Of a stretch of 15,112 bases of DNA, positions 1 to 8,409 are shown one piece after another. The stretch covers positions 1 to 15,112 of the forward strand of contig JAUVCD010000162.1 in the NCBI GenBank assembly GCA_030590865.1, in the 5' to 3' direction. Source of the DNA: Myxococcales bacterium. Lineage in GTDB: Bacteria > Myxococcota_A > Polyangia > Polyangiales > Polyangiaceae. The notes below the pieces were generated by a model. It saw only the letters and a list, made by a program, of their open reading frames with translations. It was not told where the DNA came from and ran no database searches. Positions within the stretch are counted from its first letter, which is position 1. Each line of letters starts with the position of its first letter. Both the position numbers and the translations under genes were made by a program.

Positions 1-199
1 CTCGCCCCTGCGGCGCGATTCACCCCCAAATTGACACGCCTGCGGGTCAGAACCCACAGGTCCGCGGCGGCGAGGAGCGCCCAGCCGGTCTATGTGTGCG
101 AAATCTGGGGTTGAGGTCCTTTGGCCCGTGAGTTGCTCCACTGGTGGCTCTGGTGGCGAAGGCGTCACGGGACCCAAACGGACAGGAGGAGCTATCCCC

Positions 200-844
200 A
201 TGAATACAACGACAGAGCTGAAGCTTGGTGTGGCGCTGACCTTGGTTGCTGGATTGGTCGGCTGCGATCCGTCCGCCCGACCCCCACGGGCAGAAGCCGG
301 CGGCTTGACCACGGTGGGCACCCAGGCTGAGCAATTGCTGGCCTCACGTCCGGCGGTGTCTTCGTCACCGGCAGTCTCGGTGGCTGCTGGCGATCAGGCT
401 GGGTCGGCAAAGTCCAGCGCCCGGCCGGCACCCGCAGATGGCCAGCTCGAGCCTCCAGTGAACGTCGATGCACCGCTAGCGATCAAGCGCATCGTCATCG
501 CCCACGGCGTAGCCGACCGCGAACCTGTCAATCCTGCCAAGACCTTCACCAAGGGGGAGCAGGAGCGCATCTACGCCTTCGTGGAAGTGACCAACCAAGA
601 GCGCGCCAATTCTGAGATCTTCGTCAGCTTCGTGCGCAAGGGCACCGCTGAAGGTGGGCGCATTCGGCTGCGAGTCGGCGCTTCGCCACGGTGGCGCACG
701 TGGGCCTACACCCGGCTAGCTCGCGATCAGGGCGACTGGGTTGCCATCGTGCGCAACGCCCGGGGCGACGAGCTAGCTCGCGCTGAATTCGCGATTCGCG
801 GCGCTGGTGTGCCGCCGCTAGCCGAGCTGGACAGCGCCGCGTAA
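200..844 (+). CDS. Lipoprotein with C-terminal DUF2914-like domain
   Basis: In-frame ATG at 200 within ORF 92..844, preceded by GGAGGA at 185-190 (9-nt spacer). From this Met the N-terminus MNTTTELKLGVALTLVAGLVGC is a signal peptide with lipobox LVGC. A low-complexity Ala/Ser/Pro linker follows. The C-terminal part (ERIYAFVEVTN...SPRWRTWAY...GDWVAIVRNARGDELARAEF) matches my memory of DUF2914 (RWRTWS-type motif). GC-rich third codon positions as in neighbouring genes. Confidence 0.8.
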   Translation: MNTTTELKLGVALTLVAGLVGCDPSARPPRAEAGGLTTVGTQAEQLLASRPAVSSSPAVSVAAGDQAGSAKSSARPAPADGQLEPPVNVDAPLAIKRIVIAHGVADREPVNPAKTFTKGEQERIYAFVEVTNQERANSEIFVSFVRKGTAEGGRIRLRVGASPRWRTWAYTRLARDQGDWVAIVRNARGDELARAEFAIRGAGVPPLAELDSAA

Positions 845-898
845 GGACCGCTGGCGCCCCACAATCACGCCCGTCCACAGGTCGAGTCGGCTAGCATC

Positions 899-1081
899 TT
901 GCCTATGCCGGTTTGTCGAGAGTGCCAGGACGAGGTCGAGGAGCTGTTCGCGGTGCGTGTCGACGGGCGCAAGCAGCGCCTCTGCGAGGACTGCGCCGAT
1001 CGGGCCCGCGAGGCGGCTGAAATCGCCGAGCAGAGCGAATCGGTCATCCAAGACATGATGGGCTTCAAGGGGCGTCGCTAG
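899..1081 (+). CDS. Small zinc-ribbon-like protein (CxxC...CxxC), function unknown
   Basis: 60-aa ORF MPMPVCRECQDEVEELFAVRVDGRKQRLCEDCADRAREAAEIAEQSE... with two CxxC pairs 21 residues apart and an acidic helical tail. Codon usage looks coding. The start is uncertain (ATG 899 or ATG 905) and there is no strong SD. The stop TAG (1079-1081) overlaps the stop of the convergent ATPase gene. Confidence 0.55.
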   Translation: MPMPVCRECQDEVEELFAVRVDGRKQRLCEDCADRAREAAEIAEQSESVIQDMMGFKGRR

Positions 1082-4000
1082 TCGTCGGCTTGAGCGGTGG
1101 GGAGCTCGTGCTCGAAGAGGGCGTCGGCTGGCACCACGTCGCGCGCCAACTGGCGTAGGTGATCGTGGTGGGTCAAGAGTAGGACCTGGGTCTTGTGGGA
1201 CAACTCGGCCAAGACCTCCAAGGTCGCTCGGGCACGCTGATCGTCGAAGTTGACGAGAATGTCGTCAGCGATGATGGGCATGGGCTCACCGCTGGCGAGG
1301 TTGCGCTCTAGGTAGGCGATCCGGAGGGCGAGATAGAGCTGGTCGGCGGTGCCGTCGGAGAAGCCCTCCAGCGGAACGGGCTCTGAGCCGTCGCCGCGAT
1401 CGCCCAACAAGAACGGTTTGTCGTCTGGGTCGTAGTCGATCTTCAGGTCCGCGAAGGAGCCACAGGTCAGCTTGCGAAACAGCTCGCGCGCCCGTTGCAA
1501 CACCGGGTCCTGGGTCTTGGCGCGCTGGTCCTCGACGTGACGGCGGAGCAGTGACGCGGCCAGTCGCAGGCGGATATATTGCTCCGCAGCCTCGTGGGCG
1601 CGGCCCACAATACCAAGCATCTCCTGGTCCGCCTCTGCGGCGGCGGCGCTGCCATCGACGAATTCGATCTCTCGCTGGGCGTCTCGGACGTCTCCGCTGG
1701 CTGTTTCGAGCACCTTCTCGGCATTCTTGATCGTATCGTCGAGGGTCTCGATATTCGCGGTCAGGCTGCTCGCGTTTTTGCCGCTCGCTTGCTCGATGAG
1801 CTCTTCGACGGGAATGCCACCGCCGAGCCCGAGCAATTCCTCATCGGTGGTCCGGAGCCGCTCCTGCAGGTCGCGTTTCGCTGTGGACGCCTCCTCCGTC
1901 ACGGCCAACTGATCATCGCGGTCGACGCCGGCGAGCTTGCAGAGCGACGCCAGTGCTTCTTGGGCGGTGCGTCGCGGTTCTTCGACGTCCCGAAGGTCAT
2001 CCTCCAATCCCTTGGCGCGCTCTTGCAGCTCCGCGAGCCTGTCCACATCTCTGTTCGCTCGTTTTGTCCGGGATGCCAGCTCGTTGGCTGCCTGGGCCGC
2101 CGGGACGCTCGCCAGGTCTTCTGCGACTAGCTTCGCCATCCGGCTGACATCTTTTTCGAACTGGAGTTGTCCATCCTGCATGCTTTCGATGCGAGCGTTC
2201 AGCGCCGCCGCGTCGTCCAGGTCCTTGAAGAGCGCTTGGAGGAGTCCGATGCGCGTGTTGGCCTGTGCAGCAGACGATTCAGGGCTACATCGCAGCGCAG
2301 CCATGGCCTTGTCCCACTGCAGCTGCCATTGAGCGAGCTTCTGCTCGGCCCTGTCGGCTTCTTCCACCATCCGCGCGAGCTCGCCTTCGCCATCCACGAT
2401 GGCCTTGTGCTGTTCCTCGCGCTCCTTTTGTTCCTCGCCGACTTGCGTGACCAGACGATCGCAACGGTCGAGTAGGGCAGCCAGGCTCTCGTCTTCTCGT
2501 GGTGCTGGCGCATCGAGCTCGGTGAGCTGCTCACCCAGGTCCTCGATGTAAACGCTAATGGCCCGTTCCAGCTTTGTGACATCGGTCCCGCACTTACGGT
2601 TTGCCTTGCTTGTGTTGCGCAGCTCGTCGAACCGGTCCAACCATTCGAGCATCTCAGATGGGGGCAGCGGATCATCGATGCCTGGCTTCGACCAGAGCCC
2701 GCTCCACTTCAAGTCGAGCTCTGCGCGGCTCTTGTCGTGTGGGTCCCGTTGCCTCTCGAGCACAGCGAGATCGCTATTGGCGGATCGTATCTGTTCTTTG
2801 AGGAATGCGACTTTCGTAACCAGAGCGGCGTGCTCGCGCAGCGCGTCGGCCACGTCATCCGCCTTGGTGACGGACTTCTCGTAGGTTGCGGCCAGCGCTG
2901 TGGCGCTGGCAGGGGTGGCGATGGCCGGGTCGACCTGGTCCTCCCCTCGCTGCAGGGGGCCCATCCACGCGCCCCGCACTTTCTGCCAGGCGTCCTCACG
3001 GCGTGTTCGTACTGCGGCGAGGTCGGTAGCTGAAGGAAGTACGCCGCCCCGGTGCAACTCGTCGAGCTTGTGCTGGTCCTCACCTTGCCTGCGGCGGACC
3101 TCGTCCACCTTGGAAACAGAGGTGCTGAGCTTCGTGTCGATCTCGGCCAGCTCCCTTGCGAAACGTTCGATGGTCTTGCGGAGCGGCACGGCGACTGTCT
3201 CGGCTTGGTCTACCGAGCCGTGGTACAGCCCTAGCGCAACCAGCTGTTGCTTCCCCTCCTCTTGGATTGACGCGAGACCAACGCGGAGATTCTCGAGCTG
3301 GTCCTCGATCTCCCCCTTCTTGCGCACCCGCTCAACCGCAGCTCGCAGGGAGGCCGCCTCCCGGGGCGAGGCACGGCTCTGCAAATGCTCACGGGCCTCA
3401 GTCAGGGTCTTGCGCTGCCGCTCGATCGAACGCCGCAGCGTTCCGGGCTTGGGCCGGACTGTTTTCTCGTCGAGTCCAAGGGTCTGGATGTTGTCGATGA
3501 CGTCGCTGGGCAAACGCAGGCTGCCCACGTCGGTCAGGCTCACGTCCAAGCCCAGCTCAGCCAGCTCTATCTTGGCCTGCCGCAGCAGCTCCTTTTGCTC
3601 TGCTACCCGCTTCGGCAGGTCCTTGCAGAATCCGTGATATGCGCCGAGCTGTTTGGTGAGGACGTCTATGTTTCTCTCTTGCTCCAACAGGACCTCGGGC
3701 ACATTGATTGCTGCGATTTGTCCCCTCAGACCATCGTCGCCCTCTAGCTCTCGCCGCGCCCTCTCTCCGACACGCTCTGCCTCCCTGAGAGTCTCCTGAT
3801 GCTGATCGCGGTTCTTGACGGAGTATTCGGCCGGCAAGACCGTCACGTCGCTGAGCTGGTCGAGGTCGTCCTGGAGCTTGGCGCGCTTGCCAACGAAGCT
3901 CAGCACCCTGTGAAGCAGCTTGAGCCGTTCGCGCTCGAAGCGGAGCTCTTCGAGTTGTTTCACGATGGCCTGCTGGTGCTCTCGTTTGTCTCGCAAGGTC

Positions 4001-4641
4001 CTGTGCAGCGTCTGCCACCGATGAGCGCTTACTTCCGCCTCGCCCCGGCGTTTGCGCCAGTCATCATGCTCTCGCCGCGCTTTCTGAATCTCCGACTTGC
4101 TGTTCTTGCGGCGCTCGAAGAGACCTTTGGCTTCTGCGTCGAGCCCGCCGAGCACGCCGCTGAGATCGGTGATCCCCATGCCAGCCGCGAGCAGGCTCTC
4201 TCCTGCTAGGCCGCGCAAACGTTGCAGCTCCTTCCCCCCCTCTTCGAGCTGCTGGTGGTCGATTCCGTACACCCGGGCAAACGTCTTGTTATCGATGCCA
4301 GCCAAGAAGGGGCTGAGCACATCGTCGCCGAAGGGTGCGTCTCCGGCGGTAGGGTTCAAGATGGTTTTGCTCCGCCCTTTTCGCCGAACGTAGGCGAGCG
4401 TTGCGCCGTTCTGATTCTCCAGCGTCGCGCCAATGCGCAGAGTGTTGGGCTTGTGAAGGAAGGCGTCGCGCGACTGGTGGGGGATCCCGAAGAGCACACC
4501 GTGGATGGCGCGCAGGAGTGCGCTCTTGCCTGCCTCGTTCAGGCCGAACACCAGGTGCAGGCCCTGTTCGCCCTGTCCTAAGTCGAGCCTCTGGTCCGTG
4601 AAGGGGCCGAACTTGACGAGATCGAGCCGCCGGATCCTCAC
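1078..4641 (-). CDS. SMC/SbcC-like AAA ATPase, YhaN family (COG4717-like), 1187 aa
   Basis: N-terminal MRIRRLDLVKFGPF...GLHLVFGLNEAGKSALLRAI (Walker A GxNxxGKS). About 900 aa of charged heptad-rich coiled-coil sequence. C-terminal signature-like FSDGTADQLYLALRIA and Walker B/D-loop PIIADDILVNFDD...LLLTHH. GTG start at 4639-4641 overlaps the TGA of the upstream phosphoesterase gene (GTGA). Confidence 0.92.
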   Translation of the reverse strand: MRIRRLDLVKFGPFTDQRLDLGQGEQGLHLVFGLNEAGKSALLRAIHGVLFGIPHQSRDAFLHKPNTLRIGATLENQNGATLAYVRRKGRSKTILNPTAGDAPFGDDVLSPFLAGIDNKTFARVYGIDHQQLEEGGKELQRLRGLAGESLLAAGMGITDLSGVLGGLDAEAKGLFERRKNSKSEIQKARREHDDWRKRRGEAEVSAHRWQTLHRTLRDKREHQQAIVKQLEELRFERERLKLLHRVLSFVGKRAKLQDDLDQLSDVTVLPAEYSVKNRDQHQETLREAERVGERARRELEGDDGLRGQIAAINVPEVLLEQERNIDVLTKQLGAYHGFCKDLPKRVAEQKELLRQAKIELAELGLDVSLTDVGSLRLPSDVIDNIQTLGLDEKTVRPKPGTLRRSIERQRKTLTEAREHLQSRASPREAASLRAAVERVRKKGEIEDQLENLRVGLASIQEEGKQQLVALGLYHGSVDQAETVAVPLRKTIERFARELAEIDTKLSTSVSKVDEVRRRQGEDQHKLDELHRGGVLPSATDLAAVRTRREDAWQKVRGAWMGPLQRGEDQVDPAIATPASATALAATYEKSVTKADDVADALREHAALVTKVAFLKEQIRSANSDLAVLERQRDPHDKSRAELDLKWSGLWSKPGIDDPLPPSEMLEWLDRFDELRNTSKANRKCGTDVTKLERAISVYIEDLGEQLTELDAPAPREDESLAALLDRCDRLVTQVGEEQKEREEQHKAIVDGEGELARMVEEADRAEQKLAQWQLQWDKAMAALRCSPESSAAQANTRIGLLQALFKDLDDAAALNARIESMQDGQLQFEKDVSRMAKLVAEDLASVPAAQAANELASRTKRANRDVDRLAELQERAKGLEDDLRDVEEPRRTAQEALASLCKLAGVDRDDQLAVTEEASTAKRDLQERLRTTDEELLGLGGGIPVEELIEQASGKNASSLTANIETLDDTIKNAEKVLETASGDVRDAQREIEFVDGSAAAAEADQEMLGIVGRAHEAAEQYIRLRLAASLLRRHVEDQRAKTQDPVLQRARELFRKLTCGSFADLKIDYDPDDKPFLLGDRGDGSEPVPLEGFSDGTADQLYLALRIAYLERNLASGEPMPIIADDILVNFDDQRARATLEVLAELSHKTQVLLLTHHDHLRQLARDVVPADALFEHELPTAQADD

Positions 4642-5909
4642 TTGGAATCCTCCGCTCGTAGCAATCGAGAGAGGAGCAGGTCCTTTGCATCGGCCAGGAT
4701 GGCCTGCACTCGAGCCGGGTCGTCCAGGTTGATGGTGCTTTGCTCGGCGCGCGGATCGGTGGGACCATCCGTGAGCATTGCGTCGAGCTCGGTGCGGATG
4801 TCGGCGAGTGCTGCGTCCGCAGACTCGAGATCGCGGATCTGACGCAAGAGCTCTCCGAGGGCGTCGTCTCGCTCCTCGAGGGCGTCGAGATTCAAGGGCG
4901 ACCGCGTGTGCAGACGAATCTTCTCAAGCCATACGCGCTGGTCGTAGTGGTCGGTCGCCATCCGGCGGAGCTGGTCTTCCCAGTCACCACGGGAGGCGGC
5001 CAGCTGCGGGTGGGCCGCGCTCTCGCCGGTTAGCAAGAGGCGCGCTGCGAGCATCTGGTTGTCCAGTTGGGCGAGAGCCGTTGCCAGTGCCTCGTCCACC
5101 CTGACGGTTACCGCCCCAACGTCCGCGCACTCACTCACGTCGATGTCCATCTGTGCCCAACGCACGACATCTAGCTCGCGATGCTCTGCGCTGACGACCT
5201 CACCTCCCTCGACGGTGACCAGAGTGCAGCCTTTGTTCCCAGTCTCGCGTACGTGACGCCCCTGGAGGTTGCCTGGGTAGACGATCCACGGATCGTCTTG
5301 GTAAAGGACCTCGCGCTTGTGGACGTGTCCGAGCGCCCAATAGTCGTAGCGCTTTGCGCGCAGCCCGCTGATGCTCGACTTGGCGTAATCACCGTGGCCT
5401 GGGTGGGCATCACAGTTGGTGTGGAGAAGGCCGATGTTGAAGAAGCCCTCAACCGGCTTGGGGTAGCTCGCGGACAGGTCGTCCTTCAATTCCTGGGTTG
5501 CGAATCCCTGGCCGTGAACCGCCACCTGTAGCTCGTCCACGCGGACCGTCTCAGGAGCATTGGTCGAGAACACGTGGGTGTTGTCCGGCCACTCGAGGCG
5601 GAAGGCCTTCGTCACTCGACTTTGGGCATCGTGGTTGCCCTGCACGATGAACACTCGGATCCCCGCCCGCCCAAGGGCTGCAAAGCTGCGTCGCAGCTCG
5701 AGGGGAGTGTTCATGTCCCGGCACTCGCCGTCGTAGAGGTCGCCGGCGATGAGGACGAAGCTCACCTGCTCTTGGATGGCTAGGTCCACCAGATTGTCCA
5801 TCGCGCGACGGGTCGCGCCCCTGAGCTCTTCGACGGGAGCTCCCTCGTAGCGATCGAGGTTGATGAGGGGACTGTCCAGGTGGATGTCTGCCGCGTGGAT
5901 GAATCGCAT
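4638..5909 (-). CDS. SbcD/YhaO-like calcineurin-type metallophosphoesterase (DNA repair exonuclease)
   Basis: Metallophosphoesterase motifs in order: MRFIHAADIHLD, IAGDLYDG, VQGNHDA, LLHTN, ALGHVHKR. The ORF track extends to 5987, but the Met at 5909 (MRFIHAADIH) sits at the conserved N-terminus and is preceded on the minus strand by AGGGGA with a 5-nt spacer. The stop overlaps the start of the downstream ATPase. Confidence 0.9.
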   Translation of the reverse strand: MRFIHAADIHLDSPLINLDRYEGAPVEELRGATRRAMDNLVDLAIQEQVSFVLIAGDLYDGECRDMNTPLELRRSFAALGRAGIRVFIVQGNHDAQSRVTKAFRLEWPDNTHVFSTNAPETVRVDELQVAVHGQGFATQELKDDLSASYPKPVEGFFNIGLLHTNCDAHPGHGDYAKSSISGLRAKRYDYWALGHVHKREVLYQDDPWIVYPGNLQGRHVRETGNKGCTLVTVEGGEVVSAEHRELDVVRWAQMDIDVSECADVGAVTVRVDEALATALAQLDNQMLAARLLLTGESAAHPQLAASRGDWEDQLRRMATDHYDQRVWLEKIRLHTRSPLNLDALEERDDALGELLRQIRDLESADAALADIRTELDAMLTDGPTDPRAEQSTINLDDPARVQAILADAKDLLLSRLLRAEDSK

Positions 5910-6072
5910 GGCTATCCCCTGGTCTGTGGGCGCTCCAGGGCGCTTGGGTCCGCCCGACGGCGCCACCATCGCGAGTAGCGCAACCAAGACCTGCTGTCAG
6001 CAAGACGACGCGCCGCAGGTCTGCCTTGGCGTTCGTGAGACCGATCGGGGTGTCGTGGCTGGCCCGCCCAAG

Positions 6073-6107
6073 AAAAAACGACCGTCGCTTCTCGCGACGG
6101 CCGTTTT
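6073..6107 (-). terminator. Bidirectional rho-independent-terminator-like hairpin (T6 tail on minus strand, T4 on plus)
   Basis: Stem 6079-6088 / 6094-6103 (7 contiguous bp CCGTCGC/GCGACGG plus 2 more after one mismatch), 5-nt loop. It is flanked by AAAAAA (6073-6078, which reads UUUUUU after the hairpin on the minus strand) and TTTT (6104-6107). Confidence 0.6.
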
Positions 6108-6130
6108 CGCTGGCAGTGTTGCGGCGATCC

Positions 6131-6180
6131 GCCCCACAAAATGACTCGAGGGCGATCTCGGTTGCCCGAGTCGCCCTCGA
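6131..6180 (-). terminator. Long GC-rich hairpin with GCAA loop followed by U-rich tract on the minus strand (terminator or 3' stability element)
   Basis: 15-bp stem 6146-6161 / 6166-6180 with a single bulge (T6156). The loop 6162-6165 ttgc reads GCAA on the minus strand. The downstream minus-strand sequence is GUCAUUUUGUGGGG (complement of 6131-6145). Confidence 0.5.
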
Positions 6181-6224
6181 CGGGGTTCTACTTGCGCGCG
6201 GGTGATTCCGGTAACCACCGCTAC

Positions 6225-6241
6225 GGCTTATTCGGCCGCTG
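6225..6241. repeat. Left arm of 17-nt inverted repeat bounding the non-coding block
   Basis: ggcttattcggccgctg. The reverse complement of 8435-8451 is ggcttattcggtcgctg, a 16/17 match. The single difference gives a U-G wobble if both arms are transcribed from the minus strand. Confidence 0.75.
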
Positions 6242-8300
6242 CACGCCGCCAGACTCTGCTGGGTGACAGACGATGTCTGCCTCTCAACCTACTCTGGCAT
6301 CATCGGACTCCGTCGACCTCCCTCACTGCACTGGCAGTTCGCGCCGCCATGCGCAGTCGGAATAACGCGGTTTTTCGCCGCGAGAGCTTCGTCTGTTGCG
6401 TCCGGTTGAGCTCAGGCTTTACCCCGGGCCCTGACCCTCTGCGCCTTTCAGCTGGGAGAGCCTCCCGATCCGCACCATCCTTTGACGCTTCCTGTCGCTC
6501 GAACAGCTTGTGACCAGCTTCCACACTTGCCACTTGGCTCCACTGCTCCTCCGAAGAGTCACAGCGATTCCGCTACTCGCGCCAGGACCGTTCCTCCCGC
6601 TTGCCGGTTAAGGCTCACAGGGCTCACGACCCGAAACGTCTTCAATCGGTTTGATCCCGACCTTTCGGTCGGAAGTGGCCGCTCAATCACTCAACTCGCG
6701 CTGAACTTCCGAGCAACCGGAACACCCTTTTGCGACCTACAGCACCCCGCCCGTCACGGTGATGGGCTGCCGCATCTCGCTATTTCTCGTCGCACCGGCA
6801 ATGTCGAAACGCTACCGACCTTCGAGAGAAAGGCACCTCTTACCAATCTTTGCAGTCGACTTGTTGTCAACGAGCACCCGCCAGATCCTTCAATTCCCGA
6901 GCAGCCCGGCTCTCACCGTTCCGACCACCGTTTCGAGCCCTGCCCCGCTGATACGCACCCTCGTACGCACCTTGGAACAATTCCGTCACCGGTGGCGCCG
7001 AATAGCCGCAAGCGGCATCTTCGACCCCTAGTAGTGTCGCGGTTGGCGTCGCGAACACTAGCTGTGCCCATGGTCCAACGCTCCCCGGCAAGGGGTTGCC
7101 TCCGTCGCCCTTTCGGGCCGGACATGACCTACGCTGAACCTTGTCGGTTCTGACGCAAGCCGCGTGGCCTGGCCACTGACACTCCCTGTCGCACTGACCT
7201 GTCGCCCCGGTTTCACCCGGTTTGACTGACCAGCACCAAGGACCCTTTCCACGGGCGACGCACCAACGCCACCGCTTTCCAGGCCCGAAGTGCCTTCCGC
7301 CTACGAGTCCCCACCACTCACCCCCAACTCACGCTGGAAGCGAACGACGGAGCCGCCGCTGGTCCCTCGGCTTTGCCGCCTCGGTCCAGTTTCCGACACG
7401 CATTCACGCGCAGGTACTACGCGCTAGACCCAATCACCTTGCCGGTTATTCACCGGAGCTTTCAGGCCACGTGCCGCTCGTCGACTTCAACAATTGAAAG
7501 GATCCACGAGCACAACCTCGCTCTCTCCAGACCCTGGTGCTGAAGTGCAATGGTAAACCACCGCGCACCGGGTGACGCCGCTCTTGCGAGACAACGCCTG
7601 CTGAGCAGTCACAGCTCAGGGGTCAGCCCGAACGCTTTCACGTTTGGTCAACCCCCACAGTGACCTCCGTAGTCACCGTGGATTTACCCCAAGCCGATCG
7701 ACTCAGACACCTCTTGTCGCTTGCTAACACTGTCTGCGCCCCGGATAAGGAATGCAAACAGCGACCGTGCGGATGTCGGCCCCTCCCGACCCCTTGCGGG
7801 ATCTTAGGAAGGATCAGCTCGCCGGGCTCACCGCACCCCCGAAGGAGCACGCTTCGCCTTGAAGGGCCGTCTCCTGCTGCCACTCGCGAAAGCAGCTGCG
7901 CTCGACCGCACCCAAGGTGCCTTCCACCCTCGAGACCTCTTTACTGGCCAGCAACTGCGTTTCCGCCGCCGCTAACCTCGATCGCCCGCTCGGTTACCCT
8001 CGCGTTCGACCTCGAAGTAGAGTGCTTCCCCGGTTTGGTCATCCCTCACCGGCTCAGCGACCCCGACACCTTTGTTACTGCCGACAACATGGCCCTGACA
8101 GGATCCATGCGTCGCCAGCTCAGCCGAGCGTTTCGGAGGGCTCCCTAATGGGCCCACCGACTCGTGATCGGCTGCAGTGCCCCCTGAGGCTTCTGCGTCT
8201 GGAAGAGTCCGAAGCTTGATGTGCCGCAGAACTTCCAAGACGTAATGTGGTCGAAGCGATCCCTATTTGCAAACAAAAAAGAACGGAAAGACCTCTTTTT

Positions 8301-8370
8301 TTACCCCACAGGGTTATCCACAGGTTGTCCCCAAGTGCTTGAAATGAGGGGTGTTGTTGCCTGTGGACGG
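8301..8370. promoter_or_regulatory. Cluster of DnaA-box-like 9-mers forming an imperfect hairpin, in an AT-rich segment
   Basis: Perfect TTATCCACA at 8314-8322. Near matches are TTGTCCCCA at 8325-8333, TACCCCACA at 8302-8310, and the inverted TGTGGACGG at 8362-8370. The 8317-8324 / 8360-8367 arms (8 bp) plus CCCC/GGGG (8329-8332 / 8348-8351) can form a hairpin. Confidence 0.3.
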
Positions 8371-8409
8371 TTCGCCGTGTCGGTTATGCAGATAGTGTTT
8401 GTTGTAATA

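Noticed and set aside
92-199. N-terminal extension of the lipoprotein ORF (start at 92), and similarly 5910-5987 for the phosphoesterase
   Set aside because: The internal Met codons have SD sequences and give canonical N-termini: a lipoprotein signal peptide, and MRFIHAADIH respectively. The extensions are Gly/Pro/Arg-rich and add no feature.
1579-4581. Numerous + strand ORFs antisense to the ATPase gene (e.g. 2900-3637 at 245 aa, 1579-2130 at 183 aa). The same applies to antisense ORFs at 9319-9792, 10024-10596, 13046-13603 and 13856-14578
   Set aside because: These are typical high-GC antisense shadow ORFs. They are Arg/Ser/Ala-rich and motif-free, and each is fully embedded in a strongly supported gene on the other strand.
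1078-5909. Anti-phage defence system call for the nuclease/SMC-like pair
   Set aside because: The domain pair matches the widespread housekeeping SbcCD/YhaON architecture. No additional defence-type genes are adjacent. It is retained only as a low-interest note.
6925-6945. Hammerhead-like CGAAAC motif on the minus strand
   Set aside because: No accompanying CUGAUGA core with a correct three-helix arrangement was found nearby. An isolated hexamer is not meaningful.
6482-7153. 223-aa + strand ORF, plus the other + strand ORFs 6202-6513, 6759-7031, 7222-7497, 7660-8148 and 7917-8219 inside the non-coding block
   Set aside because: The translations are Pro/Arg/Ser/Thr/His-rich with no recognisable motifs. 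Third codon positions are not GC-enriched (many T) as they are in all real genes here. No SD sequences are present. Long open frames are expected by chance on a pyrimidine-rich strand, because stop codons are purine-rich.
6300-8238. Minus-strand ORFs of 64-88 aa (6300-6533, 6867-7091, 6913-7125, 7058-7252, 7638-7883, 7972-8238) as fragments of a decayed gene
   Set aside because: The fragments are short, lie in different frames and are Gly/Arg-rich without motifs. There is no sign of a once-continuous reading frame. Only blastx could fully exclude an ancient pseudogene.
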